From: Penicillus capitatus
Taxonomy: Eukaryota; Plantae; Chlorophyta
DNA length: 64,000 nucleotides
Assembly: GCA_965649825.1 (NCBI GenBank)
Contig: OZ287705.1
Coordinates: forward strand, 372,001 to 436,000
Direction of reading: 5' to 3'
Shown: positions 1 to 13,281 of the stretch, piece by piece
Layout: every line of letters begins with the position of its first letter
Position numbering within the stretch: the first letter of the stretch is position 1
Notes under the pieces: model-generated
Seen by the model: only the letters and a program-made list of their open reading frames with translations
What the model was told of the DNA's origin: nothing
Database searches by the model: none
Program-made: the position numbers and the translations under genes

Positions 1-1338
1 TCTTTATCCGCCAAAGTGTGACCCGAAACGCCATGGGACCCTTCGGGCTAGCACTCCAGTCTGTCATGCAGAGTGATAACTGCATGGTGTTTCCGATAGC
101 TGTGTCACTCCTGGGAAGAACCACATGAGTTCTGTTTTCTCACGGCGACTTTCGAAAGCTGATCGCGATATCTCGTTGACGTGGGATTGAATGACTTGAG
201 TGTATCTAACTCGCGATTCGTGTACAGTACCCCTTTTCTGCGATCAGATAGATCTCCGTATTGCAAGATTTTATTACACGTGCAATGAAACATCTTTTGT
301 CGAAAACGCAAATTCACGTCCAATCTGCGAATCGGTGACCTCTTTCATGTATATTGTCTATACGCTTTAGTATCCTGGCAACTGTTCTGTGTACAGAAGA
401 TGTCCCGTTCAGCAAGCCCATTCTATAAACCTTGTTTGATTTATTTCGGCTCGTCATGTCGAATCCGACTCTTCTGTCTAAGTCTTTACGTGTAAAATTG
501 AAGTGTTTGGCAATGCGCTGCCATTTTACAACGTCGCCATCTCGACATCCTTCTTCGATGAGATGCAGATCGAAACCAATGAAGGACACAGGTGTGATCT
601 TCTTCAGTAAGGAAGAGATTTCATAACCACGCCAAATGACAGTGCTCGATTGGCACGCACCTTTATGGTGGGTGGCATCTACCTCGGCGCTTTAGTTCTC
701 TCTCGCAGATCGTGGCGCTGAACAGCAGGATTTCTGCATAGTGTGAGATCTCTCGGTGCAAAAGGACCAGATTCGAGACGCGTGTTGCTCATAACCCTCA
801 AATCACTTACAGGACGCACAGACATGACAGTAAATCGCGTTTCCAAAATTCTCGTTCGAGAATAAGTGAGTTGTGTGGCCAAAACAGCAATCAAAAGCTT
901 ACAAATCAAAACGCAGAAAATGATGCTTCCCAAATAGTATAAATCAGATGCTCTTCATAGACAATGATGGAAATGACAGAGAAGACCTAAACATTCGAAT
1001 TCATATTCGAGCACGAATCCACAGCGCCTAGAATTTGATGTTCAAAATACTGATCGCACATTCACTGTCTTATTGTTCATGGACAGTGAAGTTATAAACA
1101 GAAAACAGAAGCAGCTCCACACGGGAACTGATATGCAGGAAAGAAAAACAAGGAGGAGGATCGTGTCTGCAAGTGTCGTGTATCTTTGTTGTTACCGTTC
1201 AGACACTGCCAATGAACCCTAACCGCTGAAAGAGGTGTTCGAACGCATTACCCCTGTCATTCCTTGCCGATGTTGCCCGTCCTTCTGTCTCAGATCCCAC
1301 TCACATCGATTCCTGCAGCTCTCTGCGGCAAATACTCC

Positions 1339-3738
1339 TCAGTCCGACTCGAACGGTCGACGCGCGATGCCCTTGTTCATCACCATCTTCAGTAGGTTCT
1401 GCAGTCTGAGCTTGTTCTTTGGATCGACCACTTGGCAGTAGATGTTCTGAATCAGATCGACTTCTCTGTCGATGCTGCCCCCGATCGCAACCTTGACCAG
1501 CAGTTGTACATTCACGTACTTCTCTTCGATCGTACCCATCTGCGGAGACTTCTTCTCGAGCCTTCGCGAATTCAGTTGCTTGGATCCGAACAGTGTCAAG
1601 GCCACGGCTGCGTCGTCCTTGTAGTGCTGCTCGATGTTGAGAGGAATGGACTCGCCGTCCTGTGGCCTGGCAACGACAGAGACGATTCTGCGGACCGTCA
1701 AGCCGCTTTCGTCTGTCGGCGTGATGCGAATGCGAAGGCGACAGGTACTCCCGAGTTTGAAGAAGTAGACTGGATGATCCAGCAGATACTCGTCACGGAA
1801 CGCCCATGCTCTCTCTCCCGTCCTCAGGAACAGTGGCAAGTCCGATGGCGTGTCTTCGGGTAGATACTCCAGATCGACGAAGAGATCCAGGTGGTGGTTC
1901 AGTGCGACCATCGAGATGAGTTGACGCGTCCCGGCTAGATGATCTGGCTGTGCCGTCGCGTCCGTCTCCTTTGTTCACAGATGCAGCTTTCGGAAGATGC
2001 AGAGAACCTACGGGAGCTCACCATCGATCGGTTATTGGTTTTCTGGCTGACGATGGAGACGGATCGGAACAGGGCGTCGTGCTTAGCTTGGGTTGCTGTT
2101 CTCCTCTCGTCTGGGTTCTCTTGGAGCAGGGACAGGACGAATCGGAGATTCTGTGCTTCGGTGGCCTGTCGGTTACGGTCTTTTCGCTCGGCGGAAGGGG
2201 ATTCCTGTGGAGAGCGCTCGATAGTGGCGGCTGGCAGACTCAGTTTGCGATCGATTCCTTCTCGAATGGCCCCGGCGTCGATGACAGAGGACCCTGAGAG
2301 AACAGACTCGTGCTGGAGGGACACGTCCAGCATCGGCGACGCACTTGTCAAGACTTCGAAGGCGATGACGCCAAACGACCACATGTCTGCTGCAGGACCA
2401 AGAGCCATCGACTCCTTTCCACGCCTCTTCGATTGAATGACCTCTGGGGACGCGCAAGGACGCGACCCACGATGACGCGCAGCCTCGCCCTCTTTCGACG
2501 CGCACTCGAGACCAGTGAGCTTCCACGCAAACTCCGTCGTGGACCACACGATGTGAGATGGTGTCAAATTTCCGTGCGTGATGCCTTGGGCGTGGAGATA
2601 CTCGAGGGCTTCCAGCACCTGGCGACCAGTTGGCGATCGGTTTCGAACGATGACGAGATGATCTACCTGATAAAGGGTAACCAGTTGCTCCGTGAAGGAC
2701 ATCGATCTCTCTGCCGTTCTGTCCGAGAGCGTATAGCTGCCTCTCTCAAGCACAAGACACGACGCAAAGTCCTCGGCGTTTGCGATGGCATCAATCATTC
2801 TGCTCAACACGTAAAGTATTAGACCGTGGTGTGACTGACGTCTAGAACGTAAGGTACCTGCAGACGTATCGTTGTCCAGGGGACAATCGGCGATGCATGG
2901 CGACAGCGTTCGAGAATTCGGGAGAGTTCAGAGGAAAGAACTTGAGCAAGACGCTCTCGCCGGTTGATCTGTCGATGGCCCAGCGACAGTGAGGTATTCC
3001 GCGAACGTCCTCCGTCTCGATCTCATACCTACAGGCATAACGAAGGATGCGCATCGAGTCCGACAACATTTATCTGTGCCTACCTTCCGGCAAAGAGAAA
3101 ACCTTTCGTCGCCGCAGACAACGACGCTAAGAATGCTGCCCAGTCTTCATTCGACTCTTCGATCTCGGAGACTATGTTTTGTGTGTCACACTAAGGACAA
3201 ACAAAAATAGAGTGAGCACTCTGCCTGCTGCTTGTTGCCGTCGTTTACCTCGATGGGACTTGACAGGATGTTGGACTGCGTCCGAGGCGTCGTCTCATTC
3301 TCTTCGACACTCGGCCCTTGCTCTGCTCACACTCTTGTCTGTGTTCTTCGTCGGCGGAGATGTACCTAGTGGTGATGATGATGTGCTGGACGGGTGTGAC
3401 CTGCGTAGCTGCGGAAGAGAAGCTTGTCGGGGACGGTTCCATCTTGTCCTTCGTGCTTCGTCTGAACGGCAACGCCGTCCCGCGAAAGCTTTGTTTTGCG
3501 CAGTGAAACCCCTTCCGCAGGTCAACACCCATCTGATGGACTTCCTTCCCGATGTCTTTGTGTCGAGTGTTGGATTTTCGATGGCATTCGGAGACGAAGG
3601 TCGAGTGCCGTTTAGAAGGGTCGCCCTAGTCGGTCTTTGTCCGTCTGGGGATTGTCGCCTAACGTATGGGTTTTCCAAACGATTATTCGCAGCTGAACGC
3701 ACACCACAACTGATTACCGACGTTAAGGTATGTGACAA
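1339..3738 (-). CDS. K1: multi-exon pseudokinase (Ser/Thr kinase fold) fused to C-terminal domain X; 5' end uncertain, may extend to ATG 5242
   Basis: Spliced reading: ...KGFLFAGR|YEIETE..VLLKFF..YVCR|MIDA..LVLERGSYTL..|VLEALEYLHAQGITHGNLTPSH..KLTGLE..ASPE..DMWSFG..LLQENPDERRTA..| then domain X (ORF 1339-1911). Introns delimited include 3029-3083 (55 nt), 3191-3248 (58 nt) and a 58-nt intron ending its 5' side at 2857. Confidence 0.85.
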
Positions 3739-5579
3739 TGGCGGGTTCGATAAAGAGACCCGAGTGCCTTACCAGTAATGGACGAAATCTCTGTCATGGC
3801 GGTCGTACAGACTCTTCTGCACACTCAGATAGAACGAAAGCACCCAGGTCAACGTTGCAAGCGATAAGTCTTGGGCGGTCCAGTGCAAGATACCTTCCTC
3901 GTCCGCCGAGGAGAAAGAGAGCTTCGGTCTCTGGAGAACTCTGTACCGAAAACGACGTTGAATTGGTCCGCTATGCTCTGTCTTCAGAACTCTGTAGGAT
4001 GTGGCCAACATCGATACTCGATACTTATACATACGGGCGGATGCTGTGCATCATTGGACGTGAATGAGAAGTCACAGTTCGGTGACGTGTGCAGGGCAAC
4101 TGCTGACCTGTCCGACTGCCCGTCCCTTTGATGAGTTTCATCTTCAGACCATCAGTGCCATCCGTCTTCACGATCAGAGCTCGGTGAGGCGGATCCGTCA
4201 TCTGCGTTTCTCAAGGACGACAGACTGACATCGTGAACGCGAAAAGCGTTCTCAACTGCGAACAGCAGGCGCATAGTGAAGGACGAGAGTGTCTTCACCC
4301 TTCGCGCATTGGAGAGATGGACACATGGCGACCGCAATCTGTGTCAGCCTACAGTTCTGAAGCCAAAGACTGCTTGAACATTTTCTGGTTTCGCTCAGCT
4401 CCTGTTTATAGACCGGCCGACGGATGAAGAGTCATGCATCGTTCGGCAGATAGATGGATGTTCCAGTCTGCCTGACCGTGTCGCCTAAAATGAAACTCAT
4501 TACACGCCCACATGGACGGGAACCCTCGCTTTTCCATCGGCCTTTTAGCTCCCGTGTTTATTCGAATCGCTGCGCGAATGGAGAGGCATCAATTGCGAAT
4601 GAGATCGGAGGAAAGCGGGACGACGGAGTGAGAACCGCAGGCGCCTTTTCGTAGTGGATCGAGAGGGACGCTTCGACCTTTGCCGCTAGGTAGAGAGCAA
4701 TGCCGTCGATGTGATGGACGTCGTCGTTTCTTAGAGAAAGCATGCAGGTCAGCGACAACGGACCCTCTGTGCTGCGCGATGCCGCCTGCCACTACACCGT
4801 CGTCCAATGGCCAGAGAGCGATACCGTCCAGATGCCGTGGACCCAGATGAAGAAAGAAGACACGAACAAGCCTAAGGCCGGCGACAGTCTGACGTGAGCG
4901 AGCACACTTTGCTCCTGGAAGTCCAGCATCACACGCAGAAATGGAGTCATTATCCAACATGACCGTTTCCGAGAAGGACATCCCTTTCCCTGGCGAGCAG
5001 ATGATGATCATTCATACTGGAGGAGGACGAAGCCACAGAGCGCAGGCGTTTCGCTTCACCCCATGAGGTTGGCTGTCGAGATGCCTGTCGCCGAAAGAAG
5101 GATATGGAGATTCTGTAACCAGCACCACGACCTCCCCCTGCCGTTTGACATCCATCGACCGCTCTCTGATGACTTTAGCGTTGCTGCATTCAAAGGCGAG
5201 TGAAGGTGCAATTGCTCGGTGTCGGGAGAGAGAAGAAGACATCGAGTGCGTCTCTCCAAAGCGTCCGAGATTATAGGCTTTTCTCGTTGGGTTTATCTTG
5301 ACATGTGCAACGGTCAGTCCGTATGCAATCTTCTACGGTACCCCTTGAACGCATACTGTCCGTGAAGTTCACACTCTTTTCGGTTCTGCTGCGTCGATTA
5401 GTCAGAATACAGTCAACTGTAGTCATGGTCGAAAAACGGTGAGTAAAACGAGTGTATTGCATTGAAAGTGTGAAATTTTCTCGTAAAGCTACAGATATCA
5501 ACGTATAAAGTGCCAAAGAGCGCGTGCTGACGAAAACGGTCTTCGTTTACTGCTGGTACCACGAAAGATTAAGGAAAGG

Positions 5580-7764
5580 ATGTCCGCGCCGACTCGCGGC
5601 TATCTGCGTCAGAAAACGAACATTATCACTGAAGAATGGAAAGAATGTGACAGCGGAGCCTTCGATTGTTCTGACTCCGAATCCGACCGCACCAGAAATG
5701 AGGGCTCAGCACATGAGAGTCCCAAGACGCTTCGGGCACTCCACGAACCCTTCGCCGTCGACATTGGAAACCACAGTGCACCTGCGGCAGGAGACAGAGA
5801 CACACAGGTGTTTGTTGCTGCTGACGTGCTGCAGGGACGCGGATCGACGGAACGGTTGAAGGTGAGCTCCCTTTCAGCCCGCTTGGCTCACCAAACACAC
5901 CGTCCGCAGGATTGCGGGCTAATAGAGAAGGGCGTAGAAACTGACGACCATGCGTTGCTCTCTCGCGTGCTGGTCGGCGGATATGTCCTCGACGACAGGT
6001 GAGATTCCTGCCTCGCTGTGCTGCTGGACGACCGATGTGTGCTGAAGATATGAGATAAAGAGTGAGAGAGTGTCCGCCTCGCACTTCTGCCGCTTTGCAA
6101 GAGACCGTTTCACAGCACAAGACGTCTTCCTGAAGTTCTACTCGCGATCCTCGACCGAACTCGAACATACAGCCATGATGCATGAGAAGCTGAAGGACAG
6201 CTATGCGGTCTGCAAGTGAGATCTTTGACTCATGTCGCCGGAGGATGACGTCGTGCTTGGTGCAGGCTGATCGACATCTTGCCCAGTCCAGAGGGTCTTC
6301 CTCCATGTCTCGTCTTCGAAGCGGGCAGCCTCACACTGAAAGAGAGTCTCGAGAAAAGACCACTGTCTCCCGTCGAACAGCAAGATGTCCTGCACTCGGT
6401 AAGTCTGCTGTCTGATTCCGAATCCCAGGCGTTCTACTCGTGTGGCAGATCTTGCGGGCGCTAAGCGACGTGCACGGTCGTAATGTCGTCCACGGATGTC
6501 TGGATCCTTCCCATGTCGTCTGGTTCGAAACAGACTTCTGCTGGAAGCTCGTTAACCTCAGTGCGGCTTCGGCAGTCGGCGATCCCATTCGCAAGAACAT
6601 CAGGGGTTCTCCTGTCTACGCCGCACCGGAGGTTCTGGAGGCAGCCGAACAGGATCCGGGAGATGCGCGATCGAACACCTCTTCGGATATGTGGTTCTTC
6701 GGTCTCATCGCCTACGGAGTTCTGACAGGTCCACTCTCTGCGGCGGCAACACACGTCTTCTCACTCCATGCCTGCCTTCAGGAGTCCATGTAGTCGATGC
6801 TGTGGGTGTCAAGAGACACCTCGCCCGCGAGAGATCTCGCCTGAAACGACAGTCTGCGGCACGTACCGCATGGAATGCGTCTGCAGACCAGCCATCGAAA
6901 TCTGTCGAGCAGCTCTTGATGGAGCTCGACTTTGTCCTGAATCTGTTGGACGAGGATCCATCCGAGCGCAGAACGGCGGCAGAGATACTCGAGGCGGCAG
7001 AGTTTGGCAACGCTGCAGACAACGACGATTTGGTGACGATCCTGGACAACGTGAGCTCTTTCTGCATTCGATTACCCCGTTACTAAGATCCCTTTGTACA
7101 GGTCCTCTCCGATCGAGGCGTGTTGGACAATAATGCCCACGGTCTGGGCAGATGGCTGATCTGTCACGTGGCATCTCAACATCTGGACATCTCCCTCTCC
7201 GTCGAGCGCTTTGCCCACAATGGCGACCCTGGACTGGCGTTCTACGAGCGAGGCTTCAAGAAGATCAGGACCATCTCCGACGCGTTCCTTCCAAAGGACC
7301 CTGTGTACGTGCTGACGGCGGGAAAGAGCTTTGGCATCCGGATCTCCGTCAAACACGACAGGCAGTTCCGTTTTCCTCTCTGGAAGATCGCATCTGTTAG
7401 GATCGTCCCACCCGACGGCGAAGGCGTCGACGTGACAGTAATGCAGTGTCACGGAGATCACATAGTGGACGCTCTGGCGCATGTCGATCCGTCGACATTC
7501 GACTCCGACAGATTGATCACAGAGAGTCCGATCTTGGGTCTGCTGGAGGACAAGTACGTGCGATTGACCGTCCACGTGAAGCTGCGACTGGGAAACGGCT
7601 TCCCCTACGACATCGATGCGTATCCCGTCGTCTACCTGAAGCTCAGACGCCCGACCAGACGACTGAAACTTCGCAGGAATCTGAAGAGATGCAAAGAAGC
7701 TGCCGCAGCTGCGTTGAGCCATAAGAGGACTCCAATTCCCGTTCCACAAACTGTTGTTGTGTAA
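5580..7764 (+). CDS. K2: multi-exon pseudokinase + domain X
   Basis: ATG 5580; YVLDDR|YEIKSE..VFLKFY..AVCK|LIDILPSPEGLPPCLVFEAG..|ILRALSDVHGRNVVHGCLDPSH..KLVNLS..AAPE..DMWFFG..LLDEDPSERRTA..| domain X (ORF 7120-7764). Introns include 5999-6047 and 7051-7101. Confidence 0.9.
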
Positions 7765-9224
7765 CAAAGTGGTCTCACATATTTGATGACGGCGACACGT
7801 CTGGCTTCTAAACGTTAAGCAGATCCTGCGCAAAGCTGCGATGTAGTGGATCGGGACCCGCATCGGCAGGCTGCCTGACGCGAATACATGAAACTGTGGC
7901 TTAGATAAGCACCGACTCGACCATGACTGTGAGATCTTCCTGCAGTCATTCTGTGCCAAGGGTCTACAAGCTCCCCTCGTCTGCGCCACAATCGTGCTGT
8001 GCGTGGGCATTCAATTGCCATCACGCTCCGACCATCTCGACGTCCGTCTTCTACATTCGAAAAAACGGTCACTCTTTGTGTCCGATCTCAGCCTCTCCAC
8101 ACGACAATACTCTGCCGAAACCAATCGGTTTCCAGCACGTTTGGCGTCGTATCCTTCGTAACGTAGACGACGTATTGTTCTCTTTAGGTGAGGGAAGAGC
8201 TTCGGTGATGTGTTTTTTACCCTCAGGAAAAGCGTCTGCCGTAGGCGGTGCGTTTACCATAAACGTCGTGTGTTTCCTTACCATGTCTTCTCGGTTCGAT
8301 GTGGTCAGACTAACAACGATTACCTTTACGAACGTCGGATCTCTCTTCCTACCGATTCACTCTCTATGTCTTCTGCGAATGGTGCTCTTTTGATAAATAA
8401 AATCCAGACCTTACATAGTGAACAATCAAGCCTAGTTCAAACAGACAAACAAACAGATCTGGTGTCAGATGAATAAACATCTAAACAACCCTTCCCTTCA
8501 TCAACAGCACAGCGAGAATTCATGAAATCTGCACAAAAATCCTAGATTCAAGGGATTCCACAATTCGTCCACGAAAAGTTCACTTTCGGAGAAGCTATTG
8601 ACAATCTAATTCCCCTTAGAGATGACGAGAAGGCTGACTGACACTACATTGCGCGGCAAGCCAACGAAGAAATGATTCAAAACCACTTGATTCCCCTGCC
8701 TGATTTCTCATCCTCGACGTGATCCCAGTTTGTGAATTAGATTGAGAATGATGAGGAAGGGATGAGCATTATCGACATTTCCTTCCAATACCAGACTTCT
8801 GCCGGTGGGACTAAATCTATGTCTTCTCAATAGGCCGCTAGCAACCATCTTACGAATTGTTGTAAGCCAATGTCAGATATCCAGTAGACTGTGATTCAGA
8901 CAGGTACATCACGCTCGTCTTGGCGGAAACATTCCAATGAAATCGATGAATTGGAACTCAATGGATGAACGATAGTTGATCATGTATTGCAGTTTTAACG
9001 CTTAACTTAGGTACTTAAGCCTCCGGCGGTAAACTTGTCACAGAATGGAGAAGTACCAAGCGAGACTCCCATAATGTTCAATCACACAGATCTAAAACGC
9101 GCAGAAAGGCGGATTCAAAAGCACTACTTTTACCACCACTATAATTTTCATCGCAGTCTTTGCCGTTGTAACGCAAGCTTGGTGAATGACTAAGCAATTG
9201 CTGCACTAGAAATGAATGTCTGTC

Positions 9225-9941
9225 TCAGGCTGCGTAGCGGATTGTCTCGCATTCGAGTTCACCTGATCTGCGGTATCCATACTTCTTACGATTAAAGACT
9301 CTACCTAACACCGTCCGCAATGGTTGTGGCAGACGGGTCTGTATGTAAGAAGTCACACTGCGGCCAGACTGACCGACCATCGGCGTCATGCGACCGACAG
9401 TTCTCCAGCAGATTTTGTAGCACAGTTCAACCACTTGATCCGAATCTGCTGGAACGACAGCGACGATCATATCAAAACTGAACGCCTCCCTATTCAATCG
9501 TCTGTTGCTTCCTGGAGCTCCATTTGCCATTCCCCTGATCGCACTCGGATCCATGAAGGCGTAGATGCGCCATTGGATTGGCGATGTCTTAGCAACATCG
9601 ATTTCCAGGTCGTAACGATCGCCACTTAGCGGATTGACGATACGAACGTACAAGACATTGTCCAAAGGAAGCGCCCCGTGATTCGAGCTCTCGAGAAACA
9701 GACGAGCGACAACCACCTCATTTTCTCTTGAGCTGAAGACGGGGCCTCCTTCGGTTGCATGACCAAAACAGAATCCATCGTTTTCGCTAAGGGAAGAAAT
9801 CGTCTGCGGTGAAAAGGAGACATTTCCAATGCGCTTAATCTGGAGAGTCGAACAGACGGCCCGTCTCAGGAGTGAGAGTGGGTCGTTGTTTGGGTTCGTT
9901 GCCCACTCGTCGACTCCGAAGACCTGAGCAATGAAGCTCAT
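9225..9941 (-). CDS. Xb1: kinase-less domain X protein, subfamily b (238 aa from ATG 9941; upstream exons possible)
   Basis: Open ORF 9225-10043 with ATG at 9941. Same length as, and clearly paralogous to, 14912-15628 and 17353-18069. RLFLE..LPLDNVLYVRIVNP..AFMDPSAI..FSFDMIVAVV..VELCYKICWRTV follows the domain X pattern. Confidence 0.75.
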   Translation of the reverse strand: MSFIAQVFGVDEWATNPNNDPLSLLRRAVCSTLQIKRIGNVSFSPQTISSLSENDGFCFGHATEGGPVFSSRENEVVVARLFLESSNHGALPLDNVLYVRIVNPLSGDRYDLEIDVAKTSPIQWRIYAFMDPSAIRGMANGAPGSNRRLNREAFSFDMIVAVVPADSDQVVELCYKICWRTVGRMTPMVGQSGRSVTSYIQTRLPQPLRTVLGRVFNRKKYGYRRSGELECETIRYAA

Positions 9942-12900
9942 GCGAAGCTGTGAAAAAGAACGTTTACCGGCAACGCCGCAGTGTTCTCCATCTCTCCTGG
10001 TACCGCGCACTGCATGAATCGTCAGACTTGTACACAACGTCACGACGGCTGTTACAAGTTGAAGTTATGGTCGAATGACTTCAGAAGAGGTTAGACGTAA
10101 AATGCAGACTGATTGGCTTTGGAAACGCAGGAACATCTGTTTTCATTTGCTAGGCGCTAATGCTGGCGTTGCATGATATGATGTTCACAGATATTCTCAT
10201 TGGCCTCGTCGTCGTGCATACGGAGCGACAGGGCACAATGCCATCAGAAAGAGAAAGCGCACATGATAGGTCACGATTGATATCTCTGACAGCTGTCAGC
10301 CAGTTTGCTGGCCCTGAGGTGGAGGTTGACATCTGGGAGGATGTTGCCGCGTTGAGGTCGAATGGCTGCGTTAACACGGACGGCTTACCTACGAGCAGGT
10401 TGTCGGAGATCTTGGCGTCGATGACCTGCAGGTGAATAGATATCGAGCGTGAAGTAGCCATCGTCGACGAAGTGCCGAAGCTGACTTCGTCGACGCAAAG
10501 CAAGAGAAAACCGACGAAGAGGGCGTGTTTTGTGCACGCCATGTTCTGCCGTGAACCGAAGAGCAGTGTAAAACACAACGCGACGAAATTTCGCAAAAGC
10601 AAGGTGACAGCACGTCTGGGCTAACAACGTCCACAAGTTTGCGTGCACCCGAAGCTTCGGCGTCGATCTCTCGGATCAAATGAATCTGAAAGTCCTTACT
10701 TACCCCTTTTCAATTTGGATCGCACACCGTCTTCTGCAAGCTTTTTGACGGACTGACCGCTCAAAGTGGGCGGGCAAGCATGTTGATAAGAAAACAAGTG
10801 GCATGGCGATTCTGACAAACATGCAACTGACATCCTCAGTGCGAGATGGGCCCTTCGCTCTCCAACTGCATGTTGTCTTCTTATCTGAGTTCTTGTTGTC
10901 TGTCGTCGTCTGAGCATGAGGAAGTAAACATTCATTTTTGCTGTCTAATGGGACGCCGTTTTGTTGGAAGTTCTTCAAAGTTGTGACCGGCTGCTAATGA
11001 AAGCATGGGTAAGAAGGGTCAGTCATTTGTTCCATTCTCATCAGAAAGATATCTCAATCATATCTGTTCGACCGTAACTCTCCTGTCACCTCAAAGTGTC
11101 ATTCTTTCACACCCGGTACCCACCTCAGGCAAAAACGAAATGTGTTATGCTGCTAGAGATAGCGGTGTAAAGCATCGAAGGGCACGCTCCAATTTTCGCT
11201 GACGTTAAAGACAAAGAAAAAAAATGATGGTGCTGTCGCCCAAATGTCGAGTGTATAGACGAACTTGGGTAAAACAAACGGTGGTTTTAAAGATGATGGT
11301 TTTTGCTCGAAGACCCGGTCTCTATATCCCCATTTCATGATTCATGCTTCATGTCATGCTGACGTCACGACCGACATCATGGGACGTCCTGTCGGCTTGA
11401 ATGTCTTCCTCTCCTTCACCTTCGTCTTCGTGACAGTGTTAAAGGAATCACTCTGTGAAGACCGTTTTTCGAAGACAGTCGACAAGCGGTCAAGACAAAG
11501 AACCGACCGAAGGAGCACAGCGTTCTTACTTTGAACGTCTGCCTGACGTCCGAGTCTGGTCCGGATGGCGAGTCGCGCAGGGAAACTCCATCGGCAATGC
11601 GTAGTTACATAGCTAGACGAAACGACAGAACAGTTCTCACGTTAAATACCTCGGACCATGGAACGTCACACCATTACGTAATCCTCTCGTCTTCTTTACG
11701 CCAAGGGTTCAGCCACTGAATTATATGCTGGCGTGGCGCGGAAGAAAGTGTTCCTGTTGAAGAGGAGATCGGCGAAGATGCTTGATCGTGGAGGTTAGCG
11801 ATTCTCATTCCTTTGACTATTTATCCGAGCAGGATCACAAATCTCGATCGCTTGATGGGCCTCCCATCGCCGCGCGAACGGTTTGCACGCTGCAGCGACC
11901 TCTCGCCAGATGGCCCGAGGCGGAGACAGAGGCACTCTTCACACTTACAAAAACAACGTTCTGTGAATCTGGAAGACGATGAAGAGAACAAACATCTCGT
12001 GCTATTGATATGCTTTGTTACACAAAACGGAATGCGAGTTCTACAATAAGTCGTTTGATTCCAAATACCCCCTTCTATAATGTTTGTCTGCGTGATGTCA
12101 TGCTTTACGTCATGATGTCGTCATGCCTCTCGTAATGATGTGATGTTCAGCATCTGTTCTGCCCTTCACCTTCGCGAAAACACTCTCTCGATTATGGAGA
12201 GTTCCATGAAAGGCTAACTACCTCAACATCTGTCTTCTACATTAGAAAACGGTCACGCTTCGAATCCGATCTCATCCTCTCTGCACGCCACGTTCCGTTG
12301 ATGTGATTCTTCAGAGGACAGGTATCCGAAGAGCTGCTACCGACGCCAAATTCTTCGATCGTGTGTGACACGCACGTCGCAGTCCGCATACTTTCCATCA
12401 GCGTCTGCCATCAAGTTGCCTTGACGTTGGGCACTCCAAACCACCAGCAAGCGGAAACTTGCGTCTCTTCCTGCATAGCAGCGCTCTCTATCGTCTGGAT
12501 GCTTCGCCGAATATCTCGGCTTCCAGTACACACGGACGGCGTCATTCCCTTCGTAACGTGGAGGACGCAGTGTACTCTTTAGGTGACGGAAGCGCTCAGA
12601 CTGATGCGTTTTCTCTGTCGAAAGACGCGTCTGTGTTAAGCGCTCACTGCCACGAATCTCACCTGCTTTCTCTCCGTGTCAGAATAGCAGCCGAATGACT
12701 ATGACTCTTAAGTACTACGGACGTTCCTTTCTGCAGATTCCATCTCTCTATCCCAACTGAAAATGTCACTCTTCCTAACAAACGAAACACTGGTCTTACA
12801 TAATGTCAGCCAATAATCTGAACTTAGTTTAAACAGATGGGATTACGCAAAGCTAGTCAGAGTTATGAGTAGTTATCAACAGCGCAAATTTATAAAATCT

Positions 12901-13281
12901 GCACAAAAAACGCACCCACACATCTTCTGATGTTGGGAGAACTTGTTGCATAAACTGCAATCAGTCACGACGTTATCAACAGTCTCAGCCCATAAAGATA
13001 TCGACGGCGAAAAAGGTGGACAGACAACAGAGCTCGCGTCACCAAGAGGTGCTGTTCTGAAAGCCACCTAATCAACTGCCGATTTCGATCCCTCGGCGCA
13101 TTCCTCTTGAAATGAAAACAAAAAAATGCGAAACGTTCATCATCTGCATTTCTTTCCGATGGACAGCCGCCAGATCTCTGCCGGTGTGACCAGATCCATT
13201 CACTCTGCATAAGACGCTCTCGACAGCGGAAACACATAAGCTAGGGACAAATGGATCCATCACACCACTGAACTGTGCGAT

